Origin: FCB group bacterium
GTDB taxonomy: Bacteria > Zixibacteria > MSB-5A5 > GN15 > JAAZOE01
Direction: 5' to 3'
DNA length: 64,000 nucleotides
NCBI GenBank assembly: GCA_024231695.1
Contig: JAAEQF010000083.1
Coordinates: 588 to 64,587 of the forward strand
The translations under genes were made by a program, and so were the position numbers. Of the stretch, positions 45,230 to 55,333 are shown in pieces. The notes under the pieces are model-generated. The model had not been told where the DNA came from and ran no database searches. It saw only the letters and a program-made list of their open reading frames with translations. Each line of letters opens with the position of its first letter. Within the stretch, counting starts at the first letter, position 1.

Positions 45230-45583
45230 ATGGTAGATATATCCAACACCGCCAGCCAGGAACTGACCAAGGTTCTTGGAGCTGAACAACATAAAGGCAA
45301 AGAGCTCTTTGTCAATTTTATGGGTTTTGGCTGAAGCGGTCCCGTTCTGGGATTGGCTCTGGATGAGCCAAAAGACACTCATAGCCGGTTTAACTCAAAC
45401 GGTATTGACGTTTATTTGCATACCGACATGGTCGGCCAGCTCGATCAGTTGGGCGGGGTTTTTATAGATTTTGTGGATCGTGGCCCGCAGGAGCGGGGTT
45501 TTATGATCACGACCAAAAAGAAACCAGATGGCGCCGATTGCAGTGGGTGCTCCAGTGCCAGCGACAGTTGCAGTACCGATTAA
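45230..45583 (+). CDS. HesB/IscA-like selenoprotein (Sec35), 117 aa
   Basis: RBS GAGGAG; MVDISNTASQEL...FMGFG-TGA-SGPVLGLALDEP... with C-terminal CSGC...C. TGA 45332-45334 sits at the conserved Cys/Sec of HesB-like proteins; in frame with ORF-track fragment 45353..45583. Confidence 0.92.
45353..45371 (+). promoter_or_regulatory. Bacterial SECIS-like hairpin of the HesB-like gene
   Basis: Perfect stem TTGGCTC-TGGAT-GAGCCAA; G-containing apical loop begins 25 nt after the TGA. Confidence 0.7.
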
Positions 45584-45603
45584 ACCGAAATTTCTGATCA
45601 AAT

Positions 45604-45641
45604 AAAAAAACCGGTCTCCTTAAGGGATCGGTTTCTTTTTT
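45604..45641. terminator. Bidirectional terminator between convergent HesB-like and GWxTD genes
   Basis: AAAAAAACCGGTCTC...GGGATCGGTTTCTTTTTT imperfect stem with A/T tracts. Confidence 0.7.
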
Positions 45642-45663
45642 GACCATTATCTTTTCAAATAGA

Positions 45664-47073
45664 TCAATCATCGCCGTGCTTCCAGGATTCCTCGGGCGCT
45701 TCTTCACTCATTTTCGTTTCCCAAGAGGGGTCATATTTCTCGCGGGGATGGGTCGAATGAACCAGCCGATAGTCAATACCTCCGGCCATCGGATCGCTGG
45801 CAAAGATAAATATCACACCACCTTCAAGTTTATAATATTCCCATTTGATCATGGGATAATTCATACCCTGCATGGCCAGATCGACTTCACTATCATAGGG
45901 TCCGTAAGTAATATAAACTCTTCCCCGATCCGTATGCCATCCGTCATGAAGGGAACTATGGGTGGAGAATTTATCAATGGCAAACATATATCGCTGCACG
46001 ACCTGGTTATAGAACGGATTTTCCGGCGTGGTTGGATCATCATCCATGCGTCGCCAAAATTGCAGGAGCATATTTTTCTGAGCCAGGGGATCCAACTTTC
46101 TAATCTGGATTTTGTCCGCTTCACTTAGATGATACCAGGCGATATTAACCATTAATTCAGCGTCGGCGGCACTTATAGCTGTCGTGTCCTCCAAAGGCGC
46201 CACAACGGTAAATGGCTTGACTGTCAGCGTATGTCGGTCGGTACTCGGATCATTTATTTCAAGCGACAGAAAATAATCCCCGGCGTTGACCCCTTCAATC
46301 CCCAGCGCATTAGATAGAACGGCCGACGCTCCCGGTTTATCATACTTGATCTCGCCGAAGTCATGAACCACTGTGCCCAATTCATCTTTGATTTTATAAT
46401 TGACAACAAACCCTTCATCATCCGTGCCCGAGCGTTCAAGACCGTAAAGCTCGCTGTACACATAGATAACGCTGTCGATCCCCAGCTGGTAAGCGGCTGA
46501 TGGGTTGGGTACAACCAGACGATTCTCCTTGACCAAACGAGGATTGATAGTCTTCCCGGGATTTTCATCTATGTCGCGGATATAATAAGCCAGTTCCATA
46601 CCGCTAAGCATCATGCTATGCTGGTCAAACGGGGGCACAGTCACTTTCAGTTCCGCTCTGCCGGACGCCTTGGACACATCATCAATAACGCTTATTTCCG
46701 CTCGATAACTACCGGGTGCGGCATTCACCAGCAGATAATCAAACAGGCGTTGGTTAGTTTGTGCCACCTCAACCGTATCCTCAATTTTCGACAAGAAGTA
46801 AGTTGAACTCGAATCGATCAGACCGCCTTCATCGTCATATAGGCCGACCGAGACATAAACGCCGGCAAACCTGTAATCCAAAGTATCGGCGCCGATAAAT
46901 CCGAGTTGATTCTGATACAAACCATAGTAGAACTCAATATTGGCCGACCGGTTATCCGGATTATAGAAAACGGCATAGTCGGCTTGTATGGTCAGATCCT
47001 CGACAGCCAATGCTGCCGGATTCAGTGCCGCAATCATAATCAATAAAGCCAAGTAAATCGCTGTATTTTTCAT
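45664..47073 (-). CDS. GWxTD domain-containing exported protein
   Basis: Signal peptide; FW...DDDPTTPEN and DGWHTDRGRVYITYGP motifs. Confidence 0.88.
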   Translation of the reverse strand: MKNTAIYLALLIMIAALNPAALAVEDLTIQADYAVFYNPDNRSANIEFYYGLYQNQLGFIGADTLDYRFAGVYVSVGLYDDEGGLIDSSSTYFLSKIEDTVEVAQTNQRLFDYLLVNAAPGSYRAEISVIDDVSKASGRAELKVTVPPFDQHSMMLSGMELAYYIRDIDENPGKTINPRLVKENRLVVPNPSAAYQLGIDSVIYVYSELYGLERSGTDDEGFVVNYKIKDELGTVVHDFGEIKYDKPGASAVLSNALGIEGVNAGDYFLSLEINDPSTDRHTLTVKPFTVVAPLEDTTAISAADAELMVNIAWYHLSEADKIQIRKLDPLAQKNMLLQFWRRMDDDPTTPENPFYNQVVQRYMFAIDKFSTHSSLHDGWHTDRGRVYITYGPYDSEVDLAMQGMNYPMIKWEYYKLEGGVIFIFASDPMAGGIDYRLVHSTHPREKYDPSWETKMSEEAPEESWKHGDD

Positions 47074-47081
47074 AAACTCCC

Positions 47082-48398
47082 TTAAAAAGACAATCCATTG
47101 AAAGGCGGCTGCAATTCATAATCTCCATCCCCCCACTCATCAATGAACAGAAACCGGCGAGGAGGCGTGGAACGGTAGTAATGCCAATACTGATAAGGTT
47201 TGGTCGCCAACTCAAACGGATAATCTTCCACCTCGTCTGGTTCGCCGTGTGTAATATAAACCATCCCCCGGCCGGTTTTCCAGCCTTCTTTTTTCATAAA
47301 TGAAAAATAACGATTTGAATGTCGTACCCGCCGAAAATACTCTTTCTTGTTGGGATTTTCCCGCCCACGGGCATTATCGTCGCGTAAACTCCAAAAATCA
47401 TCCCAGAGTTGTCGTCTTTCCCCTGGCTGCTTGGCCTTTTCCAGTTTCTTTAGTTCTTCCCGCGTTGCCAGATATTTCAGCATCTTTATGGCTGTCTTGT
47501 AATCATTGCGGAACATGGTCTCGGCGGTCAACTCCAGTTCAAACGGCTCAATTAGTTTATTATATACTTTTCCCCGCCGCCCTTCCAATCGCAATTCCAG
47601 TTCATAATCACCGGGCAGGATATTGGCCACGTTGACGGTATGAAGTTCGCGTTTAATTTCATCGACGACACCATAAAAAATAGTATCCTGATACACGAAT
47701 CCCTTGGTCTTATGGTATATCCGATTTATTAATTTGATCTGTTTTTCCTGGGAGCGCCCCGGATAGACTTCGACATAATAATGCAGAAGGCTGTCGTTGT
47801 CACCACCATACAATCGGCTTACGCTGGGGATAACCCGAAAATCGCCTTTATTGAATTTGGAGTCCCTTGAGCCGGTGTCGAATTCGCGGGCAAACTCAAC
47901 CCGTGAGACATTTGGGTACTTACGCCAATAGTCTCGTTTCTTGAGCTTGCGAGTTATTTCACGGGCCGTCTGAGCATGCTTGTCGATTAGTGAGGCCCGA
48001 ATATTCACATCCTGCTGATCCAAAGGAATGCGAAACATGTTAATCACAAAATCTTTCGATCGCCTGGTTTCTGGATAAGTCTTGACAAAAATGCGGCTTT
48101 CCTTGATCTCGCCATAGATCTGAACGTCATTCTTGCCGTCCACGACCAACGCGATTTCATAAAGCGCCTCGTAACCATCTTCCAACTTCTGATAACTCAG
48201 GGCATCGTAGAATATTTTATAATATATTTCAAGAACAGCAGTCTTTTCCTGCTCGCCCCTGAAGTCTGCCGCTTCAATGGCAAATCGAGCCTCTCCAAAC
48301 TCATTAGCGGGTCGATAGCCGGTTTGCCCGAGGACGATACCTGCCAGCAATATCAGCAATAAGCCGCGTGCGATAGAATGTAAAGAATTTATTTTCAT
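47082..48398 (-). CDS. GWxTD domain-containing exported protein (variant motif GWKTG)
   Basis: Signal peptide; FW...N...EYFRRV..SN..F and EGWKTGRGMVYITHGEPD. Confidence 0.85.
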   Translation of the reverse strand: MKINSLHSIARGLLLILLAGIVLGQTGYRPANEFGEARFAIEAADFRGEQEKTAVLEIYYKIFYDALSYQKLEDGYEALYEIALVVDGKNDVQIYGEIKESRIFVKTYPETRRSKDFVINMFRIPLDQQDVNIRASLIDKHAQTAREITRKLKKRDYWRKYPNVSRVEFAREFDTGSRDSKFNKGDFRVIPSVSRLYGGDNDSLLHYYVEVYPGRSQEKQIKLINRIYHKTKGFVYQDTIFYGVVDEIKRELHTVNVANILPGDYELELRLEGRRGKVYNKLIEPFELELTAETMFRNDYKTAIKMLKYLATREELKKLEKAKQPGERRQLWDDFWSLRDDNARGRENPNKKEYFRRVRHSNRYFSFMKKEGWKTGRGMVYITHGEPDEVEDYPFELATKPYQYWHYYRSTPPRRFLFIDEWGDGDYELQPPFNGLSF

Positions 48399-48470
48399 GC
48401 GTCACCACCGTCTCTCAATGGAATTTACGCTAATCTAACTCCATGATGTTATACGAAGCAAGCGAATATT

Positions 48471-49718
48471 TTATTCGTACCGAAGCGATATGATCGGATC
48501 GACCTTGGCCGCTTTGTAGGCCGGGTAAATGCCGGCCGCCAGGCCGACAAAGACCGAAACGAAGAATCCTAGACTCATCCATAATATTGAGACGGTGAAA
48601 GGCATCGAAAAGAGCAATTTTACGATAAAAGCAAGTGTAATTCCGGCCATAATGCCCAATACCCCTCCCGTTCCGGACAAAGTCATGGCTTCGGTAAGAA
48701 ATTGTATCAATATATTCATCCGCCGGGCTCCAATAGCCTTGCGTACACCAATTTCCCGTGTCCGCTCGGTTACCGAGACCAGCATAATATTCATAACCCC
48801 CACGCCGCCAACCATCAGTCCTACCGACGAGATGACGATCATGGCAATATAGATCACGTCCGTGATATTGTTAACCATTTCCTTGAGGTTATCCTGCGTC
48901 CATATGGCAAAATCATTCGGTTTATGATAAGGGACACCTCGCTGGTTGCGCAATGCAGCCGTGACTTCCTCTATCGCCTGGGGGATAGCTTGACTACTGA
49001 CGGCACTGACCTGCAAAAACAGCGCTTTCTCCCAAGGGTGTAATTTGGCGAAAGTAGTGTAAGGCAGGATGACAAAATTATTGTCTGATTCACCCAAAAA
49101 CGGCTCTTTTTCTTCCATCACGCCGATCACCCGAAGGAGCCTCGAATTGACCCGGATATTCTGATTTATTACCTGATCGTTTTTTTCAAAAAGCGCATTG
49201 GCTACATCGGTGCCAATGACGCAAACCATGGCCCGTCGCTCCATGTCGAATTCATTGAAGAACCGACCTCGATCGACATAACGCTTGTTGACTCTGGAAT
49301 AGTCGGGGGGCGTGCCAAATAGATTGGGTCGATTAGCCTGCTTGCTCTTGTATTTGACAATATTGCCACCGGGAGCAAAATAATAATTCTGTGGCGACAC
49401 GGCCGTAACCGAGGGGCACATTTCCCGAATCACCTGGGCCGCTTCATAATCGATCGGCTTGCGATTGCGCTCTTCCTCGGTCAACTTATCATAATCAACA
49501 TCGGGGGCAAATTTGGTCACAAATAAAACATTCGACCCCATGTTTTCGATCTCGCTCTGGACCATCTTGTCCAGACCGGAAATTATTGAAGCCATACCAA
49601 TGACTGCAGCCACACCAATAAGGACGCCCAAGATGGTCAAAAATGATCGCAATTTGTTTTCCCGAAGCGAGCTCATGGCCAGCAAAATACCTTCTTTTAT
49701 TTCAATCGTACTTATCAT
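48471..49718 (-). CDS. MacB/FtsX-type ABC transporter permease
   Basis: [52 protein letters not shown]. Confidence 0.95.
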   Translation of the reverse strand: MISTIEIKEGILLAMSSLRENKLRSFLTILGVLIGVAAVIGMASIISGLDKMVQSEIENMGSNVLFVTKFAPDVDYDKLTEEERNRKPIDYEAAQVIREMCPSVTAVSPQNYYFAPGGNIVKYKSKQANRPNLFGTPPDYSRVNKRYVDRGRFFNEFDMERRAMVCVIGTDVANALFEKNDQVINQNIRVNSRLLRVIGVMEEKEPFLGESDNNFVILPYTTFAKLHPWEKALFLQVSAVSSQAIPQAIEEVTAALRNQRGVPYHKPNDFAIWTQDNLKEMVNNITDVIYIAMIVISSVGLMVGGVGVMNIMLVSVTERTREIGVRKAIGARRMNILIQFLTEAMTLSGTGGVLGIMAGITLAFIVKLLFSMPFTVSILWMSLGFFVSVFVGLAAGIYPAYKAAKVDPIISLRYE

Positions 49719-50999
49719 TTAAGTCTCAAATCGCAGGGCTTCAATGGGGTTCATATTGGATGCTTTCACCGCTGGGTAAAGGCCGAAAAACACACCCACT
49801 CCGGTTGAAATCGATAAGCCGGCCGATATGGCAAACAATGATGGTTCCACTGGCAGAGATATTTGCCCGCCGAGTATTATAGCGATTACAATTCCCAATG
49901 CGGTACCGATCATGCCCCCGCCCATCGACAGGATCAAAGCCTCGAATAAAAATTGAGTTAAAACGTTTTTTCGCCGGGCACCGATTGATTTACGAATGCC
50001 GATCTCGCGCGTTCGTTCGGTTACCGACACCATCATAATATTCATGATTACTATACCACCGACGACAAGGGCGATCGAAGATATGCCCACCAGAGCGACT
50101 CGCACCATGCGAGTTGTATTTTCAACAAAACCCAGAATATTCTCCGCCGTCAGAATATCAAAATCATCCTCCTCTTTATAATCAACTCCCCGTCTCGCCC
50201 GCAAAATAACCCGGGCCTGATCCATTGTGTCTTCAATCCCCTCAATCGTATTCGATTTTATGGCCAGATTGAAATTATGGCGCGGTTTCCCAAACAGCTT
50301 GATATGCGTCGTCAATGGAATAAAGGCAAAATTATCCTGATTATTCCCCAGCATTGAGCCCCTCTTTTTGGCCACACCGACAATAGTGAATTTACGGCCT
50401 TTGATCTTGATCGTCCTGCCGATCGGATCAACTCCGTCGCACAGTTCCTCGACAATAGTCGGCCCAACGAATGCGACCTGGTTTTTATGTTCATATTCAG
50501 CCTGTGTGAAATACCGCCCCTCGGCTACTTCAAAATCGATAACATCGATAAAATTGGCCGGTGAACCACCAATGGGTACTCGGCGAAGGCCCTGATTCCC
50601 TCGTTTGATAGATGATCGGGAATAAGTACGCCCGGAGACTTCCAGGCAATCGGGACATCCTTCGGCCACAGCATCCATGTCCCTGATGGACAAATCTTTG
50701 CGCTTAAGGGCCTTGAAATAATCTTCCTCGGAAGTGATAATACCGAATTTGGTTACGATAAACGTTGCCGGTCCAAGGGCACTCAGCGAATCCTCGATAC
50801 TACCCATCAATCCCTCCAGGGCGGAAATAATGGTGATCACCGAGGTCACGCCGACAATGACTCCGAAGAGAGTCAAGATCGACCGCAAACGGTTGGCCCA
50901 GATAGCAGCCAAAGCCATCTTTAAAGATTCATACAGAGACATGATATATAGCCGCCTACGCCGACTGCTTGAATTCCTCTTTTTCCACCTTACCGTCAA
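49719..50999 (-). CDS. MacB/FtsX-type ABC transporter permease
   Basis: [45 protein letters not shown]; true start likely MSLYES. Confidence 0.95.
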   Translation of the reverse strand: MTVRWKKRNSSSRRRRLYIMSLYESLKMALAAIWANRLRSILTLFGVIVGVTSVITIISALEGLMGSIEDSLSALGPATFIVTKFGIITSEEDYFKALKRKDLSIRDMDAVAEGCPDCLEVSGRTYSRSSIKRGNQGLRRVPIGGSPANFIDVIDFEVAEGRYFTQAEYEHKNQVAFVGPTIVEELCDGVDPIGRTIKIKGRKFTIVGVAKKRGSMLGNNQDNFAFIPLTTHIKLFGKPRHNFNLAIKSNTIEGIEDTMDQARVILRARRGVDYKEEDDFDILTAENILGFVENTTRMVRVALVGISSIALVVGGIVIMNIMMVSVTERTREIGIRKSIGARRKNVLTQFLFEALILSMGGGMIGTALGIVIAIILGGQISLPVEPSLFAISAGLSISTGVGVFFGLYPAVKASNMNPIEALRFET

Positions 51000-51645
51000 T
51001 GATATGAACTATCCGGTCGGCGTGCTGAGCCACGCTGTATTCATGCGTGACCACGATCAGAGTATTGCCCTGCCGATGAAGATCGGCCATCAACTGCATA
51101 ATCTCGGCGCCGGTAGTAGTGTCCAGATTACCGGTCGGTTCATCGGCCAGAATAATCGACGGGTTGTTGACCAGCGCCCGGGCTATAGCCACCCTCTGCC
51201 TCTGTCCCCCGGAAAGCTCGCTCGGCTTATGGGTCATCCGATCGCCCAAACCGACGATTTCCATCGCCTTGATGGCGTTCTCCCGCCGCGCATCGCTTGA
51301 GGTGCCATTGTAAATCAAAGGCAACTCCACGTTGTGCAGGGCCGTGGCCCGCGGTAAAAGATTGAATGTCTGGAAGACAAACCCGATTTCCTTGTTACGA
51401 ATCCGGGCCAGGTCGTCGTCGCTGAGATCGGCTACTGACTGGGTATTCAGGTGATAGACTCCCTCAGACGGCGTATCCAGGCATCCGATCAGATTCATCA
51501 GTGTCGATTTGCCCGATCCAGACGGCCCCATGATCGCCACATATTCGCCCTTGGCAATCGACAGAGTGATACCGCGTAGAGCATGAACCTTTTCCTGCCC
51601 CATCACATATGTTTTCCATAGTCCTTCGACTTCGATCAGACTCAT
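50956..51645 (-). CDS. ABC transporter ATP-binding protein (LolD/MacB-like)
   Basis: [32 protein letters not shown]. Confidence 0.97.
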   Translation of the reverse strand: MSLIEVEGLWKTYVMGQEKVHALRGITLSIAKGEYVAIMGPSGSGKSTLMNLIGCLDTPSEGVYHLNTQSVADLSDDDLARIRNKEIGFVFQTFNLLPRATALHNVELPLIYNGTSSDARRENAIKAMEIVGLGDRMTHKPSELSGGQRQRVAIARALVNNPSIILADEPTGNLDTTTGAEIMQLMADLHRQGNTLIVVTHEYSVAQHADRIVHIIDGKVEKEEFKQSA

Positions 51646-52973
51646 CGCCCATCTTCCTTTTTTGCTTTACTGTTGTCCACTTCTATTTCGTCGCCATTCT
51701 TGATCGTTCGCAGAATACGGAAACTGCCGGTAATGATCTCGTCGTCTTCCTGCAAACCGGAAATGATTTCGATATTCTGCCGGTCGGCTATGCCGGTTTC
51801 CACTTCAACGAACTCGGCCACTCCGTCCCGGTTGACGAAAACACCCTTGCGGTCTTCCTCTTCCTCCGCCTCATCGCCTTCGTCGGCCTCTTCAACTTCA
51901 TCCACTGTCGAAGCCACAGCGACATTGCCGTCGTCATCGACGTTCTCGTCCGAATCAACCTCGGTCGAATCTTTCTCAGGGCCGCGCATTACGATTGCCT
52001 GAATCAGAGTCGCCAAAACATCATTGTGCTCGTTGGTAGTTATATCCACAGTAGCCGACATTCCCGGCTTGATTTTGCCATACACATCCAAAAGAGTAAC
52101 TTTGACCTTGAAATTGATCTGTTGATCGTTGGAACCCAACCCGGTGATCGTCGCCGTGTTACCGATTTCAATGACTTCGCCATCGAAAGTCGTATCCGGG
52201 AAAGCATCGATTTCAACTCCCGATTTCTGACCCACCGCAAGGTCGGCGATATCGGTTTCGTCAATTTCGACTTCGACTTCAAACTCAGAAAGATCGGCTA
52301 CGATCATCAGCGTCCGGCCCTGAGAATATGGCGTTTGAGCCTGGGCGATTTCGCCCACTTCGACGTCCACCCAGGTCACGACCCCATCCATCGGCGATTC
52401 TATCGTCGTTTTGTTCAGTAGATCACGAGCCTTTTCCAAGCGCGAAGACGCCGCCCGTTTCTGCTCCACCATGGCCTTATAACCGGCCTCTTGATTCCGG
52501 AAGGCATAGTGCGCATCCTTATAGGCCTGCTCCGAAGTCAGCTTCTTATTGTAAAGCTCCATCTGGCGGTTGTATTCCTCGCGGCGCTGATCCAGAAGAA
52601 TCTGTGCGCCGTCCAGACGGGCTTCGGTTTCGTTGGCCGAATAGAGAGCCGATTCCATATCGGATTTCAACTGAATCGTATCCAGTTGAATCAAGATCTG
52701 GCCTTTATTGACCCAGTCGCCTTCCTTAACCGGCAGGCTGATCACTTCGGCTGAAGCTTCTGAAACGATATTCACCTTGGTCTTGGGCTGAATCCGTCCC
52801 GAACCGGAGACAATCGATGTTACATCGGTGGTGAAGACCTTTTTGGTCTGTACGGTAATTAAACCCCGTTTACCCTGATTCATGTTAACGGCCACCAGAA
52901 CGGCCACCAGAATCACTACACCCAGAATAATAAACAGCTTCTTTTTACTTTTTTTCTTTCCCATCACGCTCAC
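51642..52973 (-). CDS. Periplasmic adaptor / membrane fusion protein (MacA/YknX-like)
   Basis: N-terminal TM, VKEGD.V.KGQ lipoyl half, coiled coil, SPMDG.V, KPGMSA.V.I; acidic insert. Confidence 0.92.
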   Translation of the reverse strand: MSVMGKKKSKKKLFIILGVVILVAVLVAVNMNQGKRGLITVQTKKVFTTDVTSIVSGSGRIQPKTKVNIVSEASAEVISLPVKEGDWVNKGQILIQLDTIQLKSDMESALYSANETEARLDGAQILLDQRREEYNRQMELYNKKLTSEQAYKDAHYAFRNQEAGYKAMVEQKRAASSRLEKARDLLNKTTIESPMDGVVTWVDVEVGEIAQAQTPYSQGRTLMIVADLSEFEVEVEIDETDIADLAVGQKSGVEIDAFPDTTFDGEVIEIGNTATITGLGSNDQQINFKVKVTLLDVYGKIKPGMSATVDITTNEHNDVLATLIQAIVMRGPEKDSTEVDSDENVDDDGNVAVASTVDEVEEADEGDEAEEEEDRKGVFVNRDGVAEFVEVETGIADRQNIEIISGLQEDDEIITGSFRILRTIKNGDEIEVDNSKAKKEDGR

Positions 52974-52997
52974 CCTTAATTATACGCCAAAAAGCGC

Positions 52998-54374
52998 TTA
53001 CTCCCCCATCGCATTCTGTAATTTTGCCAAAGCCAGATTATAATCAAACTCAGCCCTGACTTTGTTGAACTGAGCCGATTTCAAGCTCACCTGCGCATCC
53101 AAAAGTTCCCACAACGCGGCCGCGCCGAGATTATACTTGGCCTGAACCAGATCCATATCTTCACTGGCCGCTCGTTCGCTTTCCTCGGTCACGCTGAGGG
53201 TCTTGTCTGCAACTGTTATATCCAGATGGGCATCCCGAATATCACGGATTACCTGATGTCGAGTATTCAGCTGCGAAGCCCGGGCATTATTAAGACTGGC
53301 CTTGGCCCGACTCATGTTATACTCACGACTGAAACCATCGAATACGTTGTAACTAAGTGTTACACTCAAACGGCTCGAATGATCAAACGATCCGAACTTG
53401 ATAATATCGCTGAATCGATCTTTTGACCAGCTATAAGAATACCCGACCGACAGGTTGGGCATATAGCTGCCCCAAGCCGATCGGACATCATAATTAGCCA
53501 CGTCTATATTGGCTTGAGAGCCTAAAACCGAAGGATGCCCCTGAGTCGCCTTGGCAATTAAATCATTGATATTGCTGATCTGCGCCTTACGTAGATCCAG
53601 ATCTGCGATGTCATACTCGGTTTGCGGATCAAGGCCGATATCGACGGCCAAATCGTCCAAATAAAATTCCAGGTTTTTTTCGGCCTGCAGGAGGGTAAGC
53701 TGATCGTTGCCGTATTGAACCTTTTGCTTGAGGACTTCGGATAGAGAAGCTGAACCGAGTTCATATTTTTCCTCAAACAATTTTAACAGTTCTTCCGAAC
53801 GCCCAACCGTCTGCTTGGCCACTTCCAGGTCATTCTTGGCCTTGAGCACCAGGTAGTACTCGGCCTTGATGCCAAATGTCACATCAGACAGCGCATTGGC
53901 ATAATTATAATCCGTGCCCTTTTTATACGCTTTACTTCCGAGATAATTCCAAACGTTCTGCAGACCGTTGAACAATGTGTAATTGAGCGAGATCCCAGCC
54001 GTATGCGATTTGTATTTCACGTCGTTGGGATTGCCCGACAACAATAGTGTGTCGCGAAAGACCGGCATAAAAATGACTGTATCGGCCTCAACTCTTCCGG
54101 ATAATTCGGTAATTGTGGTCTCCCGGAGCTGTGGAGATTCCGGTCCTGAGGTGATTTCGGTGGAATTGTACGATACTGATGCCGAAGGTAAAAACCCACC
54201 AGCCGACTGCCAGACACCCGCACCGGCCGTCTTGACCGAATTCCGGAAACTGACCAGATTCGGGTCGGTTGCGACCGCCATCTGAACACACTCTTCCAGC
54301 GTGTATGTTTCGGCGGCGACGCTACCCCACGCCACTACCAGGAAAGCTGTGAAAATCAAAAAGGCCTTTTTCAT
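52998..54374 (-). CDS. TolC family outer membrane efflux protein
   Basis: Signal peptide, TLEECV..A, two OEP repeats (Y.LG.AS..E.L), P.L/A.V-type strand starts. Confidence 0.9.
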   Translation of the reverse strand: MKKAFLIFTAFLVVAWGSVAAETYTLEECVQMAVATDPNLVSFRNSVKTAGAGVWQSAGGFLPSASVSYNSTEITSGPESPQLRETTITELSGRVEADTVIFMPVFRDTLLLSGNPNDVKYKSHTAGISLNYTLFNGLQNVWNYLGSKAYKKGTDYNYANALSDVTFGIKAEYYLVLKAKNDLEVAKQTVGRSEELLKLFEEKYELGSASLSEVLKQKVQYGNDQLTLLQAEKNLEFYLDDLAVDIGLDPQTEYDIADLDLRKAQISNINDLIAKATQGHPSVLGSQANIDVANYDVRSAWGSYMPNLSVGYSYSWSKDRFSDIIKFGSFDHSSRLSVTLSYNVFDGFSREYNMSRAKASLNNARASQLNTRHQVIRDIRDAHLDITVADKTLSVTEESERAASEDMDLVQAKYNLGAAALWELLDAQVSLKSAQFNKVRAEFDYNLALAKLQNAMGE

Positions 54375-54392
54375 ACTTACCTCAAAATAAAA

Positions 54393-55148
54393 TTAAAAGA
54401 AACTCATTTCCACACCGGCGAAACTCATCCCAAAGGCCATCATACCGATGGCACCGAGGATAAACAATAGTCCGGTGATGACCGACACGGCGATACCCTT
54501 GCCGCGCGATATGCCCAGAACCGCCGCATATCCGAATCCGGTGATGATCAGCGACCAGATCATAAATCCGTCCAGATAGAAAAGCAGCGAATAAAATATC
54601 GAAGTAAAATCCTTATCCGGGAAAAAGGCCGCCAGACCCAGAGTAACGTACCCGCTGTCCTGAGCTATAGCCAAAGGCGCTCGAACCAACGCTCCCAGCT
54701 GCATAATCAAGCTACCCAAAAGCCCTGCTCCCCAAATGGCCTTGAATTTAGCCGTACCGCCGAAAACAAAGCTGCCCAGAAACCAGGCTACCAATGCCCC
54801 TAAGACACTAAAGACCACGATCATTACCGGTGCAAAGATTACTCCCATAATCATTTTTGGGTTCTCTGCATCGGCTTTCATCTGTTCCAAAGCCTGGGCC
54901 GGTAATACCGTGGAGTTTTTCATCAGATCATACTGCATGCTGGCATTGGGACCGGTCATCAGCCCGGCAACTACGGCCCCAAGGACGAGAACCACTACCA
55001 GTGGGATAATTATTGATGGTGATTTTTTGTAATTGTCGAATGCCTGAGTAGGTGAAGTAAATACACCGATCATGATCGACCAAATGCTTGCGCCGCCGGG
55101 GGCGGGTGCGTTTGTTCCGGTCTGTGCGGATTCGAAATTTGACTCCAT
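54393..55148 (-). CDS. Yip1/YknW-like membrane protein
   Basis: VFTSPTQAF start motif, five hydrophobic segments, F.IW motif; first gene of the ABC exporter operon. Confidence 0.8.
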   Translation of the reverse strand: MESNFESAQTGTNAPAPGGASIWSIMIGVFTSPTQAFDNYKKSPSIIIPLVVVLVLGAVVAGLMTGPNASMQYDLMKNSTVLPAQALEQMKADAENPKMIMGVIFAPVMIVVFSVLGALVAWFLGSFVFGGTAKFKAIWGAGLLGSLIMQLGALVRAPLAIAQDSGYVTLGLAAFFPDKDFTSIFYSLLFYLDGFMIWSLIITGFGYAAVLGISRGKGIAVSVITGLLFILGAIGMMAFGMSFAGVEMSFF

Positions 55149-55186
55149 GTCTTAACCTCCAACCAATTGCCGTTCACTAATTCTGA

Positions 55187-55214
55187 TAGACGGTTTATTC
55201 AAGTTTTTGTTTCA
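55187..55214 (-). promoter_or_regulatory. ECF-sigma-type promoter of the Yip1-TolC-ABC operon
   Basis: TGAAAC-16 nt-CGTCTA, about 40 nt upstream of the Yip1 start. Confidence 0.6.
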
Positions 55215-55278
55215 AAAAACAGGGATTCGTATTTCACATGTTTTTCAATATACTCAACGGCAACCAGAATATTCACAC

Positions 55279-55318
55279 AAAAAAAGCAGGTCTAACATAT
55301 TTGTTAGACCTGCTTTTT
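55279..55318 (-). terminator. Intrinsic terminator after hppA
   Basis: AAAAAGCAGGTCTAACA-TATT-TGTTAGACCTGCTTTTT perfect stem. Confidence 0.88.
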
Positions 55319-55333
55319 GAACAAAAGACCAAA

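Noticed and set aside
44448-45334. Genome-wide reassignment of TGA (to Trp or Gly) as the explanation for the two in-frame TGAs
   Set aside because: TGA ends many genes here at their expected C-termini (lexA, dinB, coaE, trpD-like), and both internal TGAs fall on conserved Cys columns, which fits Sec rather than a code change.
44223-45583. Fragments 44223..44450, 44847..45029 and 45353..45583 as separate small genes or pseudogenes
   Set aside because: They join in frame across single TGA codons into two coherent proteins with no other lesions.
48471-50999. Similar sequence blocks in the two ABC permease genes as a recent duplication or repeat element
   Set aside because: Similarity is limited to the conserved [14 protein letters not shown] motif of MacB-type permeases.
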